From the IMG/VR virus record IMGVR_UViG_3300032241_001451: 20,000 nucleotides of DNA; one strand, 5' to 3'. Positions within the stretch are counted from its first letter, which is position 1, and each line of letters begins with the position of its first letter. This document shows positions 6,814 to 14,874 of this stretch, in pieces. The translations under genes and the position numbers were made by a program. A model generated the notes under the pieces. The model ran no database searches. It worked only from the letters and a program-made list of their open reading frames with translations, and was not told where the DNA came from. The stretch is from an uncultured virus (IMG/VR IMGVR_UViG_3300032241_001451). Taxonomy: Duplodnaviria; Heunggongvirae; Uroviricota; Caudoviricetes.

Positions 6814-7321
6814 GGACTGGCGCAAACTCTGCGACGGGATGTAGCAGTGATTGTGGAACATACACGTTCCCATTGTCGTCTTGTTCAAAGACTCCTTCAC
6901 GTGCATCACGTATCTTGATAGCACCTAGTAGATAGACAATGTTTTCATTCTTCTCATCTACGCAGCCAAGTACTGCCACTTTGTTAATGGCATCTGTATT
7001 ACGAATAGTTAACTGCCCTTTTGTTGTTCTGGCACGTCTTACCTCAAAGTATGGTTCAACATCTGGTAATCCCTTATGTTCGCCATGTTCTGCAAGGTCC
7101 CAATCTTCACTGTTCCATTGAGTTCCATAGTAAGTGGCAACTGCACACTCAACTAAGCAACCCTTAATGTCACCATCAAATGCGGTGTCATAGGCTGTAA
7201 AGCGATGAGTAGAGAAGCGCTCCCCTGTAATTGGGTCACGATGGCGCCATTGGCGTTTAATACCTGCTGTATAGGCTCTAATCATTTGTGATTCGGTTAG
7301 TTTAATTATTTCCATCTTCAT
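6806..7321 (-). CDS. PD-(D/E)XK-like phage protein, paralog 3
   Basis: GCLVECAVA...PDVEPYFEVRR...VLG...LLGA...YVPQSLLHP. Confidence 0.7.
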   Translation of the reverse strand: MKMEIIKLTESQMIRAYTAGIKRQWRHRDPITGERFSTHRFTAYDTAFDGDIKGCLVECAVATYYGTQWNSEDWDLAEHGEHKGLPDVEPYFEVRRARTTKGQLTIRNTDAINKVAVLGCVDEKNENIVYLLGAIKIRDAREGVFEQDDNGNVYVPQSLLHPVAEFAPVHA

Positions 7322-7772
7322 ACTCCATATCGTTTAATTCTCCAGTTACGTATTTAACACGCCAACTATTTTGCTGATGAGATGTTAACCGCCTGTGGCA
7401 ATTGCAACATCTTACTTCGCCCTTTGTTAATTCTTCTTTTATTCTTTCTATAGATACTGCATCTCGTATGGCTTCATTTAAGCCAAACTCCTTGCCTATT
7501 ACATGGTCAAACTCTAGGACCAGAATATCATCTTCCCCACAATCTACACAAGGATTGGAGGAGTAAAAGTCACCTAAAAACTGATGAATAGATTTTTTTC
7601 TTATTTTGCGATTTTTATAGATATTGGCCTGTGTATCTAAACGAGTATCTTCATAAAACTCTCGTTGATACTCACCTTGACAAGGTTTGCAATATGGCTG
7701 AACGCCAGATTCCCTCTTCTTATTAAACTCAGTTAGAGGTTTTTCTATCTTGCATCTGTTGCATGTCTTCAT
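7302..7772 (-). CDS. HNH-type (homing) endonuclease with an N-terminal zinc finger
   Basis: MKTCNRCKIEKPLTEF...CKPC...CVDCGE...LEFDHV...CCNCHR; start reassigned to ATG 7772. Confidence 0.85.
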   Translation of the reverse strand: MKTCNRCKIEKPLTEFNKKRESGVQPYCKPCQGEYQREFYEDTRLDTQANIYKNRKIRKKSIHQFLGDFYSSNPCVDCGEDDILVLEFDHVIGKEFGLNEAIRDAVSIERIKEELTKGEVRCCNCHRRLTSHQQNSWRVKYVTGELNDMEYEDGNN

Positions 7773-7911
7773 GGTCTGTCTTTCTCTCGGTATAGGAGCC
7801 CCTATGCTTCTGCTCACAATACCTTGCCATGGACGCAACGACAAATCCTGTCCCACACACGGAACAGTAGTAGTCTTTCCAGCGAGTATCTATGACACAT
7901 ATTATGCACAT
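7729..7911 (-). CDS. small zinc-finger protein (CSVCG...FVVASMARYCEQKH); start uncertain
   Basis: CxxC...CExxH pattern; first gene of the minus-strand block. Confidence 0.55.
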   Translation of the reverse strand: MCIICVIDTRWKDYYCSVCGTGFVVASMARYCEQKHRGSYTERKTDHEDMQQMQDRKTSN

Positions 7912-7943
7912 ACATTTACCGAAAAAAGGGGCAAAATTAATCC

Positions 7944-8138
7944 ATGAGCACAGTCGTTGAAACCCAAGAATTAAAAGCGGAAGATAGATGCGATAAGTGC
8001 TCTGCTAGAGCATTAGTTCGAGCAACGTTTATCACAGGGGAGTTATTTTTCTGTGGACACCACGCAAAAGAAGTTGGCTACAAGTTGGCTTTACAAGCAG
8101 TATCAATATTTGACCCAGAAGGATTAATCGGTGCCTAA
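7944..8138 (+). CDS. conserved actinobacterial-type small zinc-binding protein (DRCDKC...GELFFCGHH)
   Basis: DRCDxC.A.A.VR...GEL.FC.HH pattern recalled from actinobacterial and actinophage proteins. Confidence 0.75.
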   Translation: MSTVVETQELKAEDRCDKCSARALVRATFITGELFFCGHHAKEVGYKLALQAVSIFDPEGLIGA

Positions 8139-8343
8139 TAACGAACACCAGATTGATATGACTACTACGGCGTACTACGCCACAAAGTCACATCCCAATA
8201 GCATGTTCACTCCTGAGCAGTCTTATCAGATTGGTCAAGGAATGATGGGTGGACCTAATGGAACTTACGGAAAATATCAAATGGGCCCTAATGAACAAAG
8301 AAGCGATTTCAAACAACCGAGACAGAGGCAAACAGGTGAATAG
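8131..8343 (+). CDS. hypothetical low-complexity protein
   Basis: Open frame overlapping both neighbours. Confidence 0.65.
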   Translation: MPNNEHQIDMTTTAYYATKSHPNSMFTPEQSYQIGQGMMGGPNGTYGKYQMGPNEQRSDFKQPRQRQTGE

Positions 8344-8638
8344 TCTTTCAAGAGAACAATTTCAAGCAGCAGTTGCAGAAGAACACCGTCGTCGTAGAGA
8401 GATGGGATTAGGTTTAATTAATAACAACTATGCATTTGGTAACTACCCATATGTAACAATGGGAATGGGTGCTGCACAAGTTGGGGACAATGAAGCAACT
8501 GAAGGTTATACAGGTGCTGGAGAGTCTGCCGAAAATGCTACACAAGAAGCAGGAGAAGTTTCTGGTGGTAGTGGAGAGTCAGAAGCAGCAGCATCTACTG
8601 CTGGTAGTTCTGATGGTGGAGCAGGTGTTTCAGGATGA
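8336..8638 (+). CDS. hypothetical protein with an acidic G/A/E/S-rich tail (start GTG 8336)
   Basis: GAGG SD upstream of GTG 8336; stop overlaps the next ATG. Confidence 0.7.
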   Translation: MNSLSREQFQAAVAEEHRRRREMGLGLINNNYAFGNYPYVTMGMGAAQVGDNEATEGYTGAGESAENATQEAGEVSGGSGESEAAASTAGSSDGGAGVSG

Positions 8639-8925
8639 GTAATTTAAATAACAAACAAATGAAAGACACAGAACGTTTTGAAGCACGTATCCGTGCACGG
8701 TATGGGCGCAAAAAAGAGTCTGGTTATTCAGGAGCACGTTACCAACAGGCTTTAATGCCTTATGAACTAGGTGCTATGGGTTCAGGTATTGACCCACGTA
8801 GTTCTACTACTGCACGTTCTGTAGAACATAACAAACCAAAGAAAGTTACAAGAAAAGGTAAGACTGTTCCAATGACTAATGGCATGAGCCAAGGTGGAAC
8901 AATGACTACTGCAATTGGTATGTAA
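8635..8925 (+). CDS. hypothetical basic disordered protein
   Basis: ATGA and TAATG overlaps. Confidence 0.7.
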   Translation: MSNLNNKQMKDTERFEARIRARYGRKKESGYSGARYQQALMPYELGAMGSGIDPRSSTTARSVEHNKPKKVTRKGKTVPMTNGMSQGGTMTTAIGM

Positions 8926-9140
8926 TGGGTAAGAAACTTATTAGACAACCATTAATGGTTAATCAACGCCGTGGTATTAGACAAGAATTTGACTTTCACA
9001 CAAACCTTGGATTTAAATCAAAAGCAACTCCAAGTGTATTTAGTTGGGGTAGTCGTGGTCGTGGTGTAGAGGGCGAGTCTACAAACTCAACTAACAATGC
9101 TGCAAATCAAATTATTAACAAAAATTGGCGACCAATTTAA
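8925..9140 (+). CDS. hypothetical protein
   Basis: TAATG overlap with the upstream gene. Confidence 0.7.
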   Translation: MGKKLIRQPLMVNQRRGIRQEFDFHTNLGFKSKATPSVFSWGSRGRGVEGESTNSTNNAANQIINKNWRPI

Positions 9141-9258
9141 TTTACTAGTACATTTTACTGTTATAAGAGTAAAATACAATTACTTGCATCGTTACAGTTC
9201 TTAATACGGAAAAAACTCACGGTATGTCGCTCAATATCTTTCTAGTGAGGATTATCAA

Positions 9259-9534
9259 ATGAATGTCTCTAATTGGCTTCAAGCAATTTCCGCTGCTATA
9301 GGAATCGTTGGAGGTATTGGTATTTCCTTGCGTTGGATTGTTAAGCATTATCTAAATGAGTTAAAGCCAAATCACGGTACGTCATTAAATGACAAAATTG
9401 TTTTAGAAATTATTCCTTTACTTAAGAAATTAGACCGTCGTCAAGATGAAATTCGAGAAGACGTTACAGAAGTAAAAGTTGCTCAAGCACGCCTAGAAGG
9501 AAGATTCGAGCAACACTTAGACGAAGGAGAATAA
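9259..9534 (+). CDS. single-TM plus coiled-coil membrane protein (lysis-region type)
   Basis: GAGGA SD; N-terminal TM segment, LKPNHGTSL.D, C-terminal coiled coil. Confidence 0.75.
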   Translation: MNVSNWLQAISAAIGIVGGIGISLRWIVKHYLNELKPNHGTSLNDKIVLEIIPLLKKLDRRQDEIREDVTEVKVAQARLEGRFEQHLDEGE

Positions 9535-9968
9535 TGACAGAGGCTCATTCTGAGCACCTTGCTATTCACCTTATAACAAATGTTCCTGAACACTCTCCAA
9601 GAGAGTCAGACTCTTATTACCATTTGTTTAACCAAGCAAAGGCTCGAATTAAACGCCAAGGTCTTTGGCAATGTGTGATTAATGATGACCTATGTTCAGG
9701 TCAACCAGAGTTACACCATACCCACGTTGAATTTTCTCAAATTAACAATGTTGACCCTGAAAGGGTTGCAAAGTATTTTGGTCTTAATTTTGACAATGAT
9801 GAAGATTTTCAAAGATGGATTGAAAGCCCAGGAAACTTAGAAGTGCTATGTACTGCACATCACAGAACACATTTTGGTATTCATTCAATACCATCCCCAT
9901 TGTGGGAGTCATTGCGTTTTCGTAAAAGAGGGACACTACCAGCAGCGGAGGTACAGAAAAATGTATGA
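9534..9968 (+). CDS. HNH-like protein
   Basis: C...C...ELHH...NLEVLCTAHHR...GIH; AAGGAG SD. Confidence 0.65.
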   Translation: MTEAHSEHLAIHLITNVPEHSPRESDSYYHLFNQAKARIKRQGLWQCVINDDLCSGQPELHHTHVEFSQINNVDPERVAKYFGLNFDNDEDFQRWIESPGNLEVLCTAHHRTHFGIHSIPSPLWESLRFRKRGTLPAAEVQKNV

Positions 9969-10440
9969 ACCACGTCTAGGAGATTACGGAGTAGTTAAAA
10001 CTAGCGGAGTCTTTGGTAAGTTGATTCGTTTTGGGACTATGTCACGATGGAATCATGCTTTTATCTATATTGGTGATGGACTTATTGTCCAAGCCAATCC
10101 AACAGGCGTTGCTATTGGAAAAGTTACTCAATATCCAGTTATTGGTTGGAACCAGCATGAAGAGTTAACTGACGAACAAAGATATAAAATTGTTACAGAA
10201 GCAAAGCGTTTAGTAGACCGTCCTTACGGTTTTCTAGATATTGCAAATTTAATTTTAAGAATTCTTGGATTAAAAGCACTAGCAAATACAAAAGTTTTAG
10301 AAAAAATGGCTGAACGTTACGGTGTTATTTGTTCCGAGTTAGTTGCACTTTCGTATGACGCAGCAAGCATTAACTTGTGCAATAAACCAGCAAACATTGT
10401 TACACCAGGAGATTTGGCTGAAAGGTTGATTTATCAGTGA
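9961..10440 (+). CDS. permuted papain-like NlpC/P60 amidase (YaeF/YiiX type)
   Basis: GD...SRWNHAFIYIGDG...PY...ICSELVA...TPGDL with the His before the Cys; start reassigned to ATG 9961. Confidence 0.85.
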   Translation: MYEPRLGDYGVVKTSGVFGKLIRFGTMSRWNHAFIYIGDGLIVQANPTGVAIGKVTQYPVIGWNQHEELTDEQRYKIVTEAKRLVDRPYGFLDIANLILRILGLKALANTKVLEKMAERYGVICSELVALSYDAASINLCNKPANIVTPGDLAERLIYQ

Positions 10441-11297
10441 GTAGTGGAATAGACGTTGTCAATATAGCACGCCAAGAAATTGGGTATATTGAAGGACCAA
10501 ACAACGAAAATAAATATGGGCAATGGTATGGCATGGACCATGAGTCCTACTGTGCAATGTTTGTATCTTGGTGTTTTGAACAAGCAGGTTTAAGTTCAAT
10601 TGTTGCGGCTCAAACAGAAAAAGGCTTTTCTTATTGTCCAACAGGTTTGCTTTGGTTTCAAAAGAAAAAGCAAGTTGTAGGTAAGTATTCCGCACAACCT
10701 GGTGATATTGTCTTTTTTAATTGGACTAACGCAGCACAGCCAGACCATGTAGGTATTGTTGTAGGTGCTTCTTCAGATGGCCTTACAACTATTGAAGGAA
10801 ACACTAGTCCTGACCATGCTACTTCTGGCTCACAAGCAGACGGAAACGGAGTTTATCTTCGTCATCGCCCTTACTTAAATGTTATGGCAATTGTTCGTCC
10901 AGCATATCCAGGTGCAGTTAAGCCTTCTTCTTCGTTAGGTCAAAATAGAGGATTAGCAGCAGGTGTTGCAGGAGCAGCAGCATTAGGTGGTGGAGGTGCT
11001 GCAGTTATTCATAACAACACTCCTGCTTCTACAGTTAAACCACCAACAGTTGTTGTAGCACCACCATTTCCAGGAACAGCAGGATTTAAAGTAGGAACCA
11101 AAAGTAAAGCAGTTCTTATTGTTGAAGAAGCATTAGTCAAGGCAGGTTTAATGCCCGCTGCTTTAGCAAAGGGAACAATGACAGCAGAAGATGTAGCATT
11201 AGTACCTTTGTACCAAGCAAAATATCCTGGACTTAAAGGCAAAAAAACTTTAGATTCTGATACTTACGCTTCAATGGTTGCAAAGGCTACATCATGA
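10437..11297 (+). CDS. CHAP-domain endolysin
   Basis: YCAMFVSWCF...PGDIVFFNW...DHVGIV...TIEGNT; adjacent to membrane-protein genes. Confidence 0.9.
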   Translation: MSSGIDVVNIARQEIGYIEGPNNENKYGQWYGMDHESYCAMFVSWCFEQAGLSSIVAAQTEKGFSYCPTGLLWFQKKKQVVGKYSAQPGDIVFFNWTNAAQPDHVGIVVGASSDGLTTIEGNTSPDHATSGSQADGNGVYLRHRPYLNVMAIVRPAYPGAVKPSSSLGQNRGLAAGVAGAAALGGGGAAVIHNNTPASTVKPPTVVVAPPFPGTAGFKVGTKSKAVLIVEEALVKAGLMPAALAKGTMTAEDVALVPLYQAKYPGLKGKKTLDSDTYASMVAKATS

Positions 11298-11626
11298 AGT
11301 ATTTTCAAAAAATATCTGATTGGTGTTCGATTGCATTTGGTTCTCCTTGGTTCATTATCTCCCACCTAATCTTTTGGGGATTTTGGATGACCTTTGCTGT
11401 TTTTGACCCTTATCCATTTAACTTACTAACCCTGACAGTTTCCTTAGAAAGTATCTTATTGTCAGGGCTTCTGTTAAATGCGACTAACCGTTCAGGGGAC
11501 GAAGACAGGCGTATCATTAGTAAAGACCTTAAATTGGACCAAGAGACTCATAATCATATTGAGGAACTTAGGCGCCATATAAACGAGATTGTGGAGCATA
11601 TCCGTGTTAAAGATAAATCTCTCTAA
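11294..11626 (+). CDS. DUF1003-family membrane protein
   Basis: FGSPWFI...FDPYPFNLLTLTVSLES...NR...DR signature. Confidence 0.8.
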   Translation: MKYFQKISDWCSIAFGSPWFIISHLIFWGFWMTFAVFDPYPFNLLTLTVSLESILLSGLLLNATNRSGDEDRRIISKDLKLDQETHNHIEELRRHINEIVEHIRVKDKSL

Positions 11627-11828
11627 CCCAGTGTCAAGCGGGTTGGCAACTACGGCTGGGTTAGCCACTTGGAAGGCTTCACATTTTTCTACAGACCCTG
11701 GTACGCTGATTGCGGTTGCAACAGCCGCTTTAGCGGGTGTAGCATCACCAAGTGCAAATTCGTCAAAACCAAACGTTTCGGCAGATTCGCATATACAAAC
11801 ACCATATGTAAATAACTTAGAGGAGTAA
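11604..11828 (+). CDS. small membrane protein (holin-like); start uncertain
   Basis: Two Ala-rich hydrophobic segments; GGAG upstream of GTG 11604. Confidence 0.6.
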   Translation: MLKINLSNPVSSGLATTAGLATWKASHFSTDPGTLIAVATAALAGVASPSANSSKPNVSADSHIQTPYVNNLEE

Positions 11829-11833
11829 AAGTA

Positions 11834-12028
11834 ATGTCAGCAAAAACAAAGTCTCTCGTTGAGCACTACATCATCGCAGTTGCAGTAGCAGCAGTTGGTA
11901 TCTGGCAAACAGGTAACCATCACCTAAAGTCTGTAGCATGGGCTGCAGTTGTTGGTGTCCTAGGACCTGTCCTAAAGTCTGCTTATGAGCATGCCGTAGT
12001 AGCAACAGGAAACTCTACAAAGAAGTAA
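11834..12028 (+). CDS. putative holin (2 TM segments)
   Basis: GAGGAG SD; two hydrophobic helices and a basic C-terminus; last gene before the terminator. Confidence 0.7.
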   Translation: MSAKTKSLVEHYIIAVAVAAVGIWQTGNHHLKSVAWAAVVGVLGPVLKSAYEHAVVATGNSTKK

Positions 12029-12042
12029 ATTTTTCAAGAATT

Positions 12043-12077
12043 AGCCCCCATCTAAAAAGGTGGGGGTTTTTTCTTTT
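12043..12077 (+). terminator. intrinsic terminator
   Basis: AGCCCCCATCT-AAAA-AGGTGGGGGTT followed by TTTTCTTTT. Confidence 0.85.
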
Positions 12078-12119
12078 GTTTAGCACCAAGAAAAGCCCTC
12101 AATAAGAGACCATTTATCC

Positions 12120-12593
12120 ATGGTTGACCTTCCTAACTTAAACAACAATAATGCCAACATTTTTGGCGCCATGCAGTCTGGGATTAACAAGCGTTTGTCT
12201 AGCGTAGGCGGATTGCAACACCAATTGTTGAATTACCACATGTCAATGGCTTTGTTGAACCAACACCATACAAATACTATGGAAGCAACAAATGCTCAAC
12301 ATGGACATAACAAAGAACTTATGGGAATGCAACAACAGCATGAATCAGGAATGGCTGAAGCAGAGCATGGTCGTAGACAAGAATTTTTAACCCACGCGAC
12401 TAAACATGCACAACCTGGAACAGGTGTTACATTCCAGTCAGGTGATATGTCAACATCGTTTACAAAAAAGGCTTTAAAGCCACGTACACCAAAGGCTGAG
12501 CCAGTTGCAGAACCAAGTGCACCTGCTAAACCATCTGGTCCATCAGTTACTCGCGATAAGAAAACAGGAAGAATCGTTTCTCTCAAAAAATAA
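12120..12593 (+). CDS. hypothetical His/Gln-rich protein with a Pro/Lys-rich tail
   Basis: Long open frame; periodic His residues; C-terminal RDKKTGR motif. Confidence 0.75.
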   Translation: MVDLPNLNNNNANIFGAMQSGINKRLSSVGGLQHQLLNYHMSMALLNQHHTNTMEATNAQHGHNKELMGMQQQHESGMAEAEHGRRQEFLTHATKHAQPGTGVTFQSGDMSTSFTKKALKPRTPKAEPVAEPSAPAKPSGPSVTRDKKTGRIVSLKK

Positions 12594-12605
12594 TTGGAGC
12601 ATAAA

Positions 12606-12926
12606 ATGACAGCAGCATGGCAAAGAAAAGAAGGACAGAACCCAAAGGGCGGATTGAACGCTAAGGGTCGTGCTTCGGCTAAAAAAGAAGGGCATAATTT
12701 AAAAGCCCCTGTTAAGGCAACTCCTAAAGGTCCTACCGAGATGCGTAGAAAAGGTTCATTCCTTACTCGTATGGGTAATAGTCCAGGACCAGAACGTAAG
12801 CCAAATGGTGAACCAACACGTTTGCTATTGTCTCTTCAAGCATGGGGCGCTTCATCTAAAGCCGATGCAAAGAAAAAAGGCGCTTCTCTTTTGAAACGAT
12901 ACGATGCTCAGAAGGGCAAAAAATGA
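12606..12926 (+). CDS. basic phage protein (DUF6321-like)
   Basis: AWQRKEGQNPKGGLNAKGRAS...LKAPV...RR.SF..RM pattern; GGAG SD. Confidence 0.75.
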   Translation: MTAAWQRKEGQNPKGGLNAKGRASAKKEGHNLKAPVKATPKGPTEMRRKGSFLTRMGNSPGPERKPNGEPTRLLLSLQAWGASSKADAKKKGASLLKRYDAQKGKK

Positions 12927-13225
12927 AGTGTGCTAACTGCAATAACCCTGCTGTTTTTATTTACGACATTACTCCAAAAGTAAATATCCCTTATTGCGGA
13001 GAACATTTACCACGCTTTCTAGAACCACGTAAGAAGGCTGGTCTTCTTCGTACAACAGATACTTGGGAAAAAGAACGTAAAGTTATTGTTGAGAAATTGG
13101 CTCCAGTAATTGTTGAGCCTGTTATTGAGGATTCTTCAGAGCAAGCACCTATTGTTGAAGAGACAGTTGATGCACCAGTAGAAACACCTGCTCAAAAGAA
13201 ATCTGCTAAAAAAACAGATAAATAA
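12923..13225 (+). CDS. hypothetical protein with an N-terminal CxxC...CxxH zinc finger
   Basis: MKCANC...YCGEHLP; ATGA overlap. Confidence 0.75.
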   Translation: MKCANCNNPAVFIYDITPKVNIPYCGEHLPRFLEPRKKAGLLRTTDTWEKERKVIVEKLAPVIVEPVIEDSSEQAPIVEETVDAPVETPAQKKSAKKTDK

Positions 13226-13226
13226 A

Positions 13227-13460
13227 ATGCCCCTAATTCGCAAGTTCGCCAAGCAGGGTCATGCTGTACCATCGGTAGCGCACAGCCCTAGAGGACCGTT
13301 TCCACCAGAAGTTCTAGCCCAACCTTTGATGGAACACGACGAACATCACTCGGATTCCTTACACGTTGGATTGGACAATGTACGTTTCTTCAAATGTCGA
13401 GATTGTGAAGAAATTCTTCTAGAAACCGAGTTAGACCAACATGAATGTGAGGAAATATAA
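13227..13460 (+). CDS. hypothetical protein with a C-terminal CxxC...HxC motif
   Basis: FKCRDCEE...HEC; tight gene packing. Confidence 0.75.
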   Translation: MPLIRKFAKQGHAVPSVAHSPRGPFPPEVLAQPLMEHDEHHSDSLHVGLDNVRFFKCRDCEEILLETELDQHECEEI

Positions 13461-14218
13461 TGCCACTAGATGACCGTGGTAATCCACAAATTGATTTTGT
13501 ATACGGCAATATCCCTATGCAACCAAACTATGCAACAGATGCAATGGCGGAGTTTCGTCGTGGAGAAGGCTACTATCCAGGTAATGGTGAGTCCGAATAC
13601 TACGTTGATGGACACGCCACTGTTTCAGACTGGGGAGACCCAACATACTTCCCCGCTGACTATCTAAAGCCATCCCAATACCTTGATGGTCACGACAGCC
13701 ATGTTATTGATTTACGTCAATGGAACAACTTTCCTCAACATGACCCAAATACTGGATTCCAAAGCACTGTTAACTGGTGGCTTGACGGAGTTCCTGCAAC
13801 TCAATTTCCAAACCTTATGGGAAAAAAACTAGAAGATGCAATTAAATCTTTACGCGAAGTTGGAGTTGCAGAAAACTTTTTGCAAGACACATTAACTGAC
13901 GCTACAAATCCTTATGATTCTGGGACTTGGTTGCCAACTAGCGGTGCTGTTATTTGGAAGTACCTTGCACCAGACACAGTAATCGGAACTCATTGGGATG
14001 GAAGAGATTGGCTTGCGTCTGAAGCAGAAGGCCTTGTAGTAGATGCAAACCAGTATCCAGGAAATGTGGTTCCTATTGGTTCTTACTGGTATGACGGAAC
14101 AAACTATTACAACTCTTCTGACCCAACTCAAGAAGGTCTTGCATTCCCTTATTGGTTATCATTTGCAGTACTACAAACAAAAGACCCTCTTAAAAACTCA
14201 TGGAATTGGTGGAACTAA
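13460..14218 (+). CDS. PASTA-like domain protein, paralog A
   Basis: N-terminal DDRGNPQIDFVYGNIPMQPN shared with 14430; FPNLMGKKLEDAIKSLREVG...GLVV...PGNVVPIG. Confidence 0.7.
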   Translation: MPLDDRGNPQIDFVYGNIPMQPNYATDAMAEFRRGEGYYPGNGESEYYVDGHATVSDWGDPTYFPADYLKPSQYLDGHDSHVIDLRQWNNFPQHDPNTGFQSTVNWWLDGVPATQFPNLMGKKLEDAIKSLREVGVAENFLQDTLTDATNPYDSGTWLPTSGAVIWKYLAPDTVIGTHWDGRDWLASEAEGLVVDANQYPGNVVPIGSYWYDGTNYYNSSDPTQEGLAFPYWLSFAVLQTKDPLKNSWNWWN

Positions 14219-14220
14219 TC

Positions 14221-14379
14221 ATGGCTAAAAATTATGAAGTAAAGTGCAAGTGTGGATTAAAAGACGTTGTTGAAGCGGGTCTTCAAGACGCACTTAAGCG
14301 TTGCCCAGATTGCAAAGACCTTCCTATTCAGCGTGTGAAGTTGGCTGCTGAAGCATCCACTTCTTGGGCAAAGAAATAG
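14221..14379 (+). CDS. small zinc-ribbon protein, 52 aa (MAKNYEVKCKCG...RCPDC)
   Basis: Manual translation; starts 2 nt after the upstream stop. Confidence 0.7.
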   Translation: MAKNYEVKCKCGLKDVVEAGLQDALKRCPDCKDLPIQRVKLAAEASTSWAKK

Positions 14380-14382
14380 TAT

Positions 14383-14405
14383 TCCCTTAGACGTAAGGGA
14401 TTTTT
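14383..14405 (+). terminator. intrinsic terminator candidate
   Basis: TCCCTTA-GACG-TAAGGGA followed by TTTTT. Confidence 0.65.
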
Positions 14406-14429
14406 ACACTCTCTAGAGAAAGAAGAAAA

Positions 14430-14861
14430 ATGGCAACCAATCAAGATGGTCATCTAGTCGATGACAAAGGAAATGTTGCGGTTGATTTTGTGTGGGGAAA
14501 CCTTCCACTTCAACCTAACGATATTCGCCGCGACAATGGCGGAGCAAATCTAGATTACACACTAGATAACCACAATATTGTAGAAGATGGCTGGAATGGC
14601 TATCCTCTTTATACACCAAATACAACAGGAACACAGTCTGGTGGCGTTGATTACGTCAATGTTCCAAATGTACTTGGTCAACTTCTTGCTGATGCAAGAA
14701 ACACACTTGTTGATTTTGAACTTGTAGTTGGTACTACAACAACAACTGCAACAGGAGCAACAGCAGATAATACTGGTACAGTTCAGACTCAATCAGTTGC
14801 TTCTGGAACAAGCGTTGCAGTAGGAACTACTGTAAATCTTGTTACATACCTTTACTCATAA
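14430..14861 (+). CDS. PASTA-domain protein, paralog B
   Basis: DDKGNVAVDFVWGNLPLQPN; VPNVLGQLLADARNTL...GTVQTQSVASGTSVAVGTTVNL. Confidence 0.8.
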   Translation: MATNQDGHLVDDKGNVAVDFVWGNLPLQPNDIRRDNGGANLDYTLDNHNIVEDGWNGYPLYTPNTTGTQSGGVDYVNVPNVLGQLLADARNTLVDFELVVGTTTTTATGATADNTGTVQTQSVASGTSVAVGTTVNLVTYLYS

Positions 14862-14874
14862 TTTAAGGGTTTAA

